From: Candidatus Zipacnadia bacterium
GTDB taxonomy: Bacteria; Armatimonadota; Zipacnadia; Zipacnadales; UBA5352
Assembly (NCBI GenBank): GCA_029821735.1
Contig: JALGSU010000021.1
Location: 77,993 to 141,992, forward strand
DNA: 64,000 nt
Reading direction: 5' to 3'
Positions within the stretch are counted from its first letter, which is position 1. Each line of letters begins with the position of its first letter. Shown here in pieces: positions 18,831-27,623 of this stretch. A program made the position numbers and the translations under genes. The notes under the pieces were generated by a model that was not told the DNA's origin, searched no databases, and worked only from the letters and a program-made list of their open reading frames with translations.

Positions 18831-19721
18831 TCAGTCGCTGCGCTGCACCTGCGCGATGATCGTGCTGACGCCTCCGCGTCCGTCACGGGCGGTTACCACG
18901 ACGTCGAAATCACCGGCGTCGGCGGGCACGGCCACCTCGCGCGAGAAGCGGTTCTTGGTGTCGAGGTCAACCGGTCGGTTGTCGACCATGATACTCGCAC
19001 CTGGCTCAGAGATCCCGGCGATGGTGACAGAGGTCGTCTCGCTCGACACCTGGATCGGGCCGTCACCGTCCAGTGTCAGGCGCGGGCCGGCGATACCGTC
19101 GAGGGTCTCCCATCGCTGCATATCCGCCGGGGCGAGGCCGGCAGTCGCAGCCGACGTGCCCGCGATCGTGGCGCTTTGGCCCGCATTGGTCATGAGTTTC
19201 TGGCCGCCGCCCGCGACCTCGACCGCGCCCTTGAAGACCTCAACCTTCATGCCGCCGGTCGGGTCGACCTCAACTGAAAACACGGTGCCTCGCACGCCTG
19301 CGGTGGCTGTCGGGGTGCGGATTTCGAACTTGGATCGCTCGCCGAGTAACTCCAATACGCGGATCCATATCTTGCCGGCGTCAAGTTCGAACAGCGACGT
19401 GCTTGCGCGACTGGACGTGTTTATGTTGCACTTGCGCACGCGCAATTTCGTGTTTGGGGCCATACGTATTCGCGAACCGTCCGCCCAATTGAGGGTCACC
19501 CCGCCAGTGGCACCGGTCTTGAGCACCGTGCCCGCCAGAACCGGGGTGTCCTTCTGCATGGGCACAAAATCCGACTGGCCTCGCTTCTGAGCAAAGACGT
19601 CACCGGCGATCTCGCTGGCCGTGGCGATGCGCTGAATGATGACAAGTGACTGCGTGAGCGCCATCCCGATGAACACCAGAATGCCGAATACCGCGATCAT
19701 CAGGACGGCCGACTTGCGCAT
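18831..19721 (-). CDS. FecR-domain exported protein with C-terminal Ig-like domain
   Basis: N-terminal TM/signal; DGSRIRMAPNT, FEIRTPTATAGVRGTVFSV, VEVFKGAVEV. Confidence 0.88.
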   Translation of the reverse strand: MRKSAVLMIAVFGILVFIGMALTQSLVIIQRIATASEIAGDVFAQKRGQSDFVPMQKDTPVLAGTVLKTGATGGVTLNWADGSRIRMAPNTKLRVRKCNINTSSRASTSLFELDAGKIWIRVLELLGERSKFEIRTPTATAGVRGTVFSVEVDPTGGMKVEVFKGAVEVAGGGQKLMTNAGQSATIAGTSAATAGLAPADMQRWETLDGIAGPRLTLDGDGPIQVSSETTSVTIAGISEPGASIMVDNRPVDLDTKNRFSREVAVPADAGDFDVVVTARDGRGGVSTIIAQVQRSD

Positions 19722-19735
19722 GGCTTGCTCCCGTG

Positions 19736-19761
19736 TTACGGTTGGATTTTCCGGTCGTTCC
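19736..19761 (-). promoter_or_regulatory. Putative ECF-sigma promoter
   Basis: Minus strand GGAAC-N16-CGTAA just upstream of the FecR gene. Confidence 0.45.
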
Positions 19762-19852
19762 CTATAGATTAGGACATCCTATGCTAGGCAACGGACCGCC
19801 TTGCCTCCGTTAAACTGTTACCCCGCGTCCGGGGGCTGTAAACTCGCCAGCT

Positions 19853-21707
19853 ATGGAGCCGACGGCGATGCACGAAGAGAAGGGGACGGGTAATCGCAGA
19901 CGCGCGCGTCTGGTACTCATCACCGCGGCGGCGGTGCTGGTAACGATTGTTGCGCGCTTCTGGCCAACCGTGACGCTGCTGGACCGAATGGAACTGCGCC
20001 TCGTGGACTGGCGCTTTGCGCAGCGTGGCGTGCGAGCGCCGCATCCGGATGTTAGCATCGTGCACGTGGACGACGAGAGCATCAGGCAGATCGGGCGCTG
20101 GCCATGGCCGAGGCGGGAATTCGCGCAGGTCATTGACGCACTTGAGCAGGCGGGGGCGCGCGCGATTGCCTTCGACATATTCTTTGCCGACCCCGACACT
20201 AACCCCGGGGGCACACAGTCCGACGCCGACCTCGTAGCTGCCACCGCGCGCGCCGGTATTGTCTACCATGCGGCCTTTGGGCACGGGCCAGACCAGCAAG
20301 CCGATCCTGAGATCGTCGCGCAGCTCGCATCACACGGTTGGCAGGAAGCGAAGCTGGCGGGGGGCGGCGGCGCAAACTCCGTGGCCGGTCTCTACCAGCT
20401 TGGGAATGTCACCCCTCCTCTGCCGGAACTGATGTCGGCGTCGGCGGGCGTCGGCTTCGTCAATGTCGTCGATTCGGGCGACGGCGTCTTCCGGCACACC
20501 TTCCCCGTCGCCATGCTGGGCGAGGCAGCCTTCCCGTCGCTGGCGCTGGCCACCTGCGCGGCTCTGCTGGACGTTACCCCCGACCAGGTAACGATCGCGC
20601 CCGGACGTGGGGTGAAGCTTGGCGAGATGCGGACCATCCCGATCGACCGCGGCGGGCGTATGCTGATCGACTTTGCGGGCGGCGATCGCACCTACCCTTA
20701 CACCTCGGTCGCCGAACTTCGCGAGATGATCTCCGACCCGGCGCTGATGAGGCAGCGTTTCGAGCACAAGATCGTTCTGGTCGCGGTGAGTGCGCCGGGT
20801 CTCTACGATCTGCGTGCCAGTCCATTCAGCACGGTCTTCAATGGTGTGGAGACACAGGCGAACATCATCGCAAACATAATGGATGGGCGCTTTATGCGGC
20901 AGATGAAGGGCGAGCATACCGCACTGATCATCATCCTGAGCGGCTTCGGGTTGCGGCGCTTCCGCCCTGCGGGAGCACTGGCTTACGCGCTCGGACTGCT
21001 GCTGATCTACAACTGGCTGTGCGTGGCGGCGTTCAATCGGTGGGGGCTGGTCATGGACATGTCAGCACCCAACCTGGTGTTCGTCATCAGCATCATCGGC
21101 ATCCTGGCGTTGCGCCTGCTGCGGGAGGAGAGCGAACTCGGGCGGGTGCGCGCGACGCTGGGTAAGTTCGTGCCTGAGAGCATAGTGGACCGGGTGGTCG
21201 ACGCAGACCCCGAGAGTCTGCTCACCGGCCAGCGGCGCGTGGTGACGGTAGTCTTCGCCGACCTGCGGGGTTTCACGGGTGCCTCGGAAAACATGCCGCC
21301 AGAGGACGCCGTGGAGCTGCTCAACCGCGCCGGTGGAGCAGCACGACCACGCGCTGCGAGCCGTGCAGACTGCGGTGCACATGCAGCGGCGCATCAAAGC
21401 CAACGCGGCCGAATGGGATTTCCTCGGCATGCCGAACTTGGCGGCAGGGGTGGGGATTAGCACGGGAGAAGCGGTGGTAGGGTATGTCGGTACCGGCGAG
21501 CGGATGCAGTACACGGCCATTGGGTCGAACGTGAACCTGGCCTCGCGTCTGGAGGGACTGAACAAGGATCTCGACACCGACATCCTGATCAGCCAGTCGA
21601 CATTGGAGTTGGTGGCCGACCAGATCGTGTCGGAGGCGGTGGGGCCGGTCGACGTGCGGGGGTTCATGGAGCCGGTGCAGATATACTCAGTGACTGATCT
21701 CAAGTGA
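19853..21707 (+). pseudogene. CHASE2-domain class III adenylate/guanylate cyclase, frameshifted by an internal deletion near 21327 (possibly artefact)
   Basis: CHASE2 (IGRWPWPR, AFDIFF, NGVETQAN), TMs and VVFADLRGFT. The C-terminal half (GISTG..VVGYVG..YTAIGSNVNLASRLE) lies in ORF 21279..21707, and the DKFxGD segment is absent. Confidence 0.85.
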
Positions 21708-21758
21708 ACGGGCCGGGTTTAGTCGCCCGACCCGTCCGCACAATCCACGGGGCGGCTC

Positions 21759-22496
21759 TCAGTCACCGTGGCCCACGGCCGTAATGTAGACGACGACTTC
21801 GGCCCTGCCATCAAGCCCGATCAGTGATGCCACCTCGTTGTCGAGGTAGGCGCCGATGTTGCACGAAACCAGCCCGAGCGCCTGACACGCAAGCTGCAGT
21901 TGCCCGCCGATGTGTCCGGCGTCCAGATACAGATAGCGGTACGCGCGGTTCTGATACTTCCATGCCGAACGCGCAACGACCGCCCCCCACACGAAGACCG
22001 CGCCCGCGGTGGTCATCCACGTCTGCTCCAGGCACGCCTGCGCCAACTCGTCAGCGAAGTCGCCCTCGGTGAGCATGCCCAGCGAGTGCTCGCGGATCAT
22101 GTAGTGATGCACGCCCGCTGCGAGGCCCTCGACGTTCTGGGAGACCACATAAGTCTCGTTCGGGTAGAGCGCGCCCGCGGACGCTGCGGTGCGCAACTCG
22201 AAGCCCTCGACCTCGGCGTTGACGCCCTGCGTGGCCCACAATAGCTGCGATAGCTCCTCCATGGACATGGGAGCCGCGCCGAACTTGCGGCGCGATCGCC
22301 GGCCGCTGACGGCCTCCCACAGCGACTGGCCGCCCTCGACGACGGGCTCGGGCAACTGCGTGGTCTCGAGGTATGAATCATACGTCTTGTAGGTTGACGG
22401 AGGCGTGGCCCACATGGCAGCCTGCGGCACTGCTCGGCCACGGACGTACTTGGTTGCCTCCTGGAAGTGCGGCCCAATGTTCTCTATGTTGTTCAT
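21759..22496 (-). CDS. SagB/ThcOx-family nitroreductase-like dehydrogenase
   Basis: RRSRRKF, LSQLLWATQG, RTAASAGALYP, RAYRYLYLDAGH. Confidence 0.9.
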   Translation of the reverse strand: MNNIENIGPHFQEATKYVRGRAVPQAAMWATPPSTYKTYDSYLETTQLPEPVVEGGQSLWEAVSGRRSRRKFGAAPMSMEELSQLLWATQGVNAEVEGFELRTAASAGALYPNETYVVSQNVEGLAAGVHHYMIREHSLGMLTEGDFADELAQACLEQTWMTTAGAVFVWGAVVARSAWKYQNRAYRYLYLDAGHIGGQLQLACQALGLVSCNIGAYLDNEVASLIGLDGRAEVVVYITAVGHGD

Positions 22497-22548
22497 GCCA
22501 CCTCACCTGCAGTCGAGTGCCGTATGTGCACGACAGACGCCGGGATCG

Positions 22549-24795
22549 CTACTCACATTGAGAGTAGCCGCAGTCTCTGCAGACGTTGCAGCCACTGTCA
22601 TGTACCAGCGTCCCGCCGCATTCTGGACACGCCCCCGCGTGACCGAAGGCTTTCCCATTGAAGTCAATGGCAAGCTGTTCGCCACCGGGGTTGAGGTAGT
22701 GCTCTATCGCTTTGGCTACCGCATCCGCACAGGAGAGAATCCTGCCGCCACCGGGCTCCCATGAGGGCATGTGACAACTGATACCCTTGAGCTGCCTGAC
22801 GATGTCCTCTGGAGCAATGCCGCACCTGAAAGCCAGCGAGGTCAGCCGGGCGAGGGCTTCGGACTGCGCCGAGGCGCACCCGCCCACCTTGCCGATGGTG
22901 GCGAACAACTCGAAGGGCCCCTGGTCGTCCTCATTGATAGTGACGTAGAGCTTGCCGCAGCCGGTGTTCATCGCGCGCGTGATGCCATGCACCACGTCGG
23001 GGCGGGCCCGCGGGCCGACCTCGGCTGGCTCGGGAGCACGCTTCGACTGCTCGGTCTTCCCGGTGGTGAGCACTTGGACGTCGCGGCTGCCGTCGCGGTA
23101 TATGGTGACGCCCTTGCAGTCAAGTTCCCACGCGAGACGGTAGACCCGCTCGACGTCCTCGACGCTCGCGTCATTGGCGAAGTTGACAGTCTTCGAGACC
23201 GCGTTGTCCGTGAAGCGCTGGAACGCGGCTTGGATGCGAATGTGCCACTCAGGCGTGACGTCATGCGCGGTGGGGAAGAGGCCGACCGCCTCGGGCGGGA
23301 CGCCATGCACCTCATGCAGCGAACCCTTGGCGGCGATCTCCTTCATCAACTCGGGCGTATAGTACCCACCCTCGCGAGCCAGGCGCTCGAAGATCGGGTG
23401 CACCTCGAGCAGTTCGTCCTTGTCCAGCACGTGCCTGGTATACACCACCGCGAAGAGAGGCTCGATGCCCGACGAACAGCCGCCGATCATTGAGATGGTA
23501 CCGGTGGGGGCGATTGTGGTGGTAGTGGCGTTGCGCAGCGGCGGCAGACCTTCGGCTTGAAGCGCACTGCCCTCCCAGTTGGGGAAAGGCCCGCGCTCAA
23601 CGGCCAACTGCGCCGAGGCCTGACGTGCGTGGTCGCGCACGAAGCCCATGACCTCTTCGGCCATCTCCACGGCTCTCTCGCTGTTGTAGGGAATTCCCAG
23701 CAGTATGAGCAGATCGGCAAAGCCCATCACGCCCAGACCGATCTTGCGATTGGCCCGGGTCATCTGGGCTATTTCCTCGAGCGGGAACTCGTTCATGTCG
23801 ATGACGTTGTCGAGGAAACGCACCGAGCTGTGCACGACCTTGCTCAGGCGCGCCCAGTCCACTGCCGGCTGGCCACCGGACGTGTCGATCATCTTCGCCA
23901 GATTGATCGAGCCAAGGTTGCACGACTCGAAAGGAAGCAGTGGCTGCTCACCACATGGGTTGGTTGACTCGACCTCACCGATATGGGGCGTGGGGTTGGC
24001 GTCGTTGATGCGGTCGATGAAGATGACGCCCGGGTCGCCGCCCTCCCACGCAAGCTGGACCATGCGGTGGAAAGTCTTGGCTGCGTCCAGACGCTTGACC
24101 TCGTCGCCCGTGCGAGGATTGATCAGCGCGAACTGCTCGCCCGCATAGACCGCGTCCATGAACTCGCGAGTGATCGCCACGGACAGGTTGAAGTTCGTCA
24201 GCACCGAGTGGTCGGTCTTCGCTTCGATGAAATCCTCTACGTTCGGGTGATCGATGCGCAGGACCGCCATGTTGGCGCCTCGTCGCACACCGCCCTGCTT
24301 AATCGCTTCGGTGGCTGCATCGAAGACCTTCATGAAGGAGATCGGGCCGCTGGAGACACCCCGGGTGGAACTGACACTGTCATTGGCGGGGCGCAGGCGT
24401 GAGAACGAGAAGCCGGTGCCGCCGCCGCTTTTGTGGATGAGCGCGGTGTTCTTTACCGCCTCGAAGATGCTCGACATTGAGTCCTCGATGGGGAGGACGA
24501 AGCAAGCCGAGAGTTGCTGGAACTCGCGGCCCGCATTCATGAGCGTGGGGGAGTTGGGCATGAACGCCCCGCCTGTCATCAGGCGGAAGAACTCCTCGGT
24601 GCGCTCGGCCACCTGCTCTTGCGTCGCACCGTGCTGCGCGTCAGCGGACGCTATGTTGCCCGCGACGCGGCGGAACATTTCCGCAGGCTCTTCGACGACA
24701 TTGCCTTGCGGGTCTTTGCGCAGATACCGACGCTCGAGGACGGTGATTGCGTTCTCCGAGAGGCTGAGACCTGAATCGAAGGAGTGCGTGGACAT
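22549..24795 (-). CDS. nrdJ: Vitamin B12-dependent (class II) ribonucleotide reductase with C-terminal TSCPD/zinc-ribbon domain
   Basis: PNSPTLMNAG, LSACFV, TNPCGEQ, TIAPTGTIS, KGVTIYRDGSR, terminal CPEC..CRDC. Confidence 0.96.
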   Translation of the reverse strand: MSTHSFDSGLSLSENAITVLERRYLRKDPQGNVVEEPAEMFRRVAGNIASADAQHGATQEQVAERTEEFFRLMTGGAFMPNSPTLMNAGREFQQLSACFVLPIEDSMSSIFEAVKNTALIHKSGGGTGFSFSRLRPANDSVSSTRGVSSGPISFMKVFDAATEAIKQGGVRRGANMAVLRIDHPNVEDFIEAKTDHSVLTNFNLSVAITREFMDAVYAGEQFALINPRTGDEVKRLDAAKTFHRMVQLAWEGGDPGVIFIDRINDANPTPHIGEVESTNPCGEQPLLPFESCNLGSINLAKMIDTSGGQPAVDWARLSKVVHSSVRFLDNVIDMNEFPLEEIAQMTRANRKIGLGVMGFADLLILLGIPYNSERAVEMAEEVMGFVRDHARQASAQLAVERGPFPNWEGSALQAEGLPPLRNATTTTIAPTGTISMIGGCSSGIEPLFAVVYTRHVLDKDELLEVHPIFERLAREGGYYTPELMKEIAAKGSLHEVHGVPPEAVGLFPTAHDVTPEWHIRIQAAFQRFTDNAVSKTVNFANDASVEDVERVYRLAWELDCKGVTIYRDGSRDVQVLTTGKTEQSKRAPEPAEVGPRARPDVVHGITRAMNTGCGKLYVTINEDDQGPFELFATIGKVGGCASAQSEALARLTSLAFRCGIAPEDIVRQLKGISCHMPSWEPGGGRILSCADAVAKAIEHYLNPGGEQLAIDFNGKAFGHAGACPECGGTLVHDSGCNVCRDCGYSQCE

Positions 24796-24945
24796 TGTTG
24801 TCCCACCCTACTTGCCTTTATTGCCGCTACCAAGCTGCATGATCTGGCACAAGGGGAGACAGCAAAGGCCAGCCCCGTTGGCTGGCCATCTAGTGCGATG
24901 TAGTAGTATGGCGAAGTTTGCCGCCCCAAAGCTGTGTGTCTCTGC

Positions 24946-24975
24946 ACAATACAGTACCCGCGCAGCCCGAGTCAA
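24946..24975 (-). promoter_or_regulatory. Putative sigma70 promoter of nrdJ
   Basis: Minus strand TTGACT-N18-TATTGT. Confidence 0.45.
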
Positions 24976-25039
24976 GAGGATTCTGAAAAGGGGTGTAGAG
25001 GGCCCCGAAACGCTCTGCCAGCGGGCGCGTGCAAGCACG

Positions 25040-25073
25040 AAAAAGGCCCCGGCCAGCAACTGCCGGGGCCTTT
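25040..25073 (-). terminator. Intrinsic terminator of gyrB-gyrA
   Basis: AAAGGCCCCGGC/GCCGGGGCCTTT stem with a T run on the minus strand. Confidence 0.85.
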
Positions 25074-25094
25074 GGTTGGCGTCAATGAGAGGGC

Positions 25095-27578
25095 CTAACC
25101 CTCACCGGTGTTTCCTGTGCTGGCTGCCTCGCGCACGACCTTCGTGACCGCGCGCAGCACCGCTCCCTCGTCGGGCGATACGATCTTCACGCCCTGTGCG
25201 TTCCGCCCGGTTTGTCGGATCTTCCCGACGGGCATGCGGATGAGGACGCCCGCGGAGGTGATGCACATGATCTCGTCGTCATCCTCCACTACTTGGACAC
25301 CGACCACCGGTCCGTTGCGGTCGGTAACCTTGAGGGTCAGCACCCCCTGCGTGTTGCGGCCCTTGGCGGGGTAATCGCTCAGCGGCGTGCGCTTGCCGAG
25401 ACCCTTCTGGGAGACCGTGAGCAGGTCGCGTTCATCCTTCTTGTCGACCGCAACCGCGCCTACCAGTTCGTCGCCCTTGCGCAGCTTGATACCGAATACG
25501 CCCCTGGCCGTGCGGCCCATGGAGCGTACCGCGGCCTCATCAAAGCGCGCCGCCTTGCCCATCTTGGTGGCGAGCATGATGTCCTTGGTGCCATCAGTGC
25601 ACATCACCCAGCGCAATTCGTCGCCCTCCTCCAGGCTGATGGCGTTGAGGCCCTTGGAGCGCAGGATGGTGTCGTATTCGGTCAGGTCCGTCTTCTTTAC
25701 GTAGCCGTTCTTGGTAATCATGAAGAGGAAGCCGCCCTGATCGTAGCTGCGTATGGGCAGCCATGCGGTGATCTTCTCGCCATCCACGAGCGGCACGATG
25801 TTGGTGAGGGGCAGACCGCGCGCCTGACGGCTGGCGGACGGCGCCTGGTAGGCCTTGGCGCGATATATCTTGCCTGTGTTCGTAAAGAAGAGGATCAGGT
25901 GATGGGTTGTGGCGACAAAGAGGTCCTGAACGTTGTCCTCCTCTTTCTTGGTGAGCGCCACGATCCCACGCCCGCCTCGGTTCTGCACCCGGTAGGTGTC
26001 GACCGGCATGCGCTTGATGTAGCCGTCGCGGGTGATGGTGATCGCCATGTCCTCGGTGGCGATCAGGTCTTCCGTGTCAATGTCCTCGGCCTCGGAAGCG
26101 AGGATGCGAGTGCGGCGCTCGTCGCCGTGAGCCTTGACGAGAGCCTTGAGTTCGCGCTTGATGACCTTGGTCTTCTCGTCCTCTGAGCCCAGGATCCGAT
26201 TGTAGCCGGCGATGGCCTCCTGCAGAGCCTTGTACTCCGCCTGCAGGTCTTCAAGCGAGAGGCGCGTGAGCTGGCTCAGGCGCATGTCGAGGATCGCGTC
26301 CGTCTGGCGCTCGGAGAAATCGAACTTCTCCATCAGCCCGGCGCGTGCCTCGCCACGGTTGGCGCTGCCGCGAATGAGCGCGATGATTTCGTCGATGATG
26401 TCCAGCGCCCGCAGCAGGCCCTCCACGATGTGGGCCCGTGCCTCGGCCTGTTTGAGCAGATACTGGGTGCGGCGGGTGATGACCTCGCGCCGGTGCTTGA
26501 GGAACTCCGCGAGCAGATCCTTGATGGTGCACTGCTTCGGGATCAGCGAGTCGCCGCTCTTAACCAGACCGAGCAGGTTCGCGTTGAACTTGGTCCGCAT
26601 GTTGGTCTGCTTGTAGAGGTTGTTGAGGACCACGTCGGCGTTGGCGTCACGCTTGATCTCGATCACAATGCGCATGCCGTTGCGGTCGGACTCGTCACCG
26701 ACGTCGCTGATGTCAGCGATCTTCCCGTCGTTGACGAGGTCCGCGATCTGCTTGATCAGATTGCCCTTGGCAACCTGGTAGGGAAGCTCGGTGACAATGA
26801 TTGCCTCGCGGCCGCGGGCGAGCGGCTCGACGACCGCGCGCGCCTGCATCGTTACGGAGCCCTTGCCCTTGGTGAAGTAGTCCTTGATGCCCTTCATGCC
26901 GAGGATGAGGGCGCCAGTGGGAAAGTCGGGGCCCTTCATCGTCCTCATCAGGTCTCTCGGCTCGAGTTTGGGATTGTCCAGCAGCTCAATGGCCGCCTCG
27001 ATCGTCTCGCCGAGGTGGTGGGGCGGCATGTTCGTGGCGTACCCAACCGCGATGCCGGACACGCCGTTGCACAGCAGGTTGGGGAAGCCGCCGGGCAGCA
27101 CTTCGGGCTCCTTGGAGCGCTCGTCGTAGTTGGGCTGCCAGTCGACGGTCTCCTTCTCGAGGTCCTCGAGCATGGCCATCGCGATGGGGGACAGGCGCGC
27201 CTCGGTATAACGTGCGGCACCGGGCGGGTCACCGTCGACCGAGCCGAAGTTGCCCTGCGGGTCGATCAGCGGGTAGCGCAGTGAGAAGTCCTGGGCCATG
27301 CGCACCAGAGTCTGGTAAAGCGCCAGGTCACCGTGCGGATGGTAGGTCTTCATAGTCTCACCGACGATGGCCGCGCACTTGACGTGGGCGCGGTCGGGGG
27401 TGAGACCGTCGTCGCTCATGGCCAGCAGCACGCGGCGCTGGGAAGGCTTGAGACCGTCACGAACGTCGGGCAGTGCCCGCGCGACGATGACGCTGAGCGC
27501 AAACTGCATGAACGAGTCTTCCATCTCCGTGTGAAGGGGGACGGACACGATTCCTTCTGTACCGTTCTCTTCTGCCAT
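25095..27578 (-). CDS. gyrA: DNA gyrase subunit A
   Basis: RALPDVRDGLKP, YHPHGD, catalytic AARYTE, GyrA box QNRGGRG, C-terminal pinwheel repeats. Confidence 0.97.
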   Translation of the reverse strand: MAEENGTEGIVSVPLHTEMEDSFMQFALSVIVARALPDVRDGLKPSQRRVLLAMSDDGLTPDRAHVKCAAIVGETMKTYHPHGDLALYQTLVRMAQDFSLRYPLIDPQGNFGSVDGDPPGAARYTEARLSPIAMAMLEDLEKETVDWQPNYDERSKEPEVLPGGFPNLLCNGVSGIAVGYATNMPPHHLGETIEAAIELLDNPKLEPRDLMRTMKGPDFPTGALILGMKGIKDYFTKGKGSVTMQARAVVEPLARGREAIIVTELPYQVAKGNLIKQIADLVNDGKIADISDVGDESDRNGMRIVIEIKRDANADVVLNNLYKQTNMRTKFNANLLGLVKSGDSLIPKQCTIKDLLAEFLKHRREVITRRTQYLLKQAEARAHIVEGLLRALDIIDEIIALIRGSANRGEARAGLMEKFDFSERQTDAILDMRLSQLTRLSLEDLQAEYKALQEAIAGYNRILGSEDEKTKVIKRELKALVKAHGDERRTRILASEAEDIDTEDLIATEDMAITITRDGYIKRMPVDTYRVQNRGGRGIVALTKKEEDNVQDLFVATTHHLILFFTNTGKIYRAKAYQAPSASRQARGLPLTNIVPLVDGEKITAWLPIRSYDQGGFLFMITKNGYVKKTDLTEYDTILRSKGLNAISLEEGDELRWVMCTDGTKDIMLATKMGKAARFDEAAVRSMGRTARGVFGIKLRKGDELVGAVAVDKKDERDLLTVSQKGLGKRTPLSDYPAKGRNTQGVLTLKVTDRNGPVVGVQVVEDDDEIMCITSAGVLIRMPVGKIRQTGRNAQGVKIVSPDEGAVLRAVTKVVREAASTGNTGEG

Positions 27579-27623
27579 CAGTTGCTCCTCGATTATTATT
27601 GGGCGGGCAGGTGCGGGGGAGGA

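Noticed and set aside
21759-22496. SagB-like gene as part of an azole RiPP cluster
   Set aside because: No YcaO or precursor peptide is nearby; stand-alone members are common nitroreductase-like proteins.
24796-24945. Cobalamin riboswitch before nrdJ
   Set aside because: No B12-box or conserved core motifs are recognisable on the minus strand.
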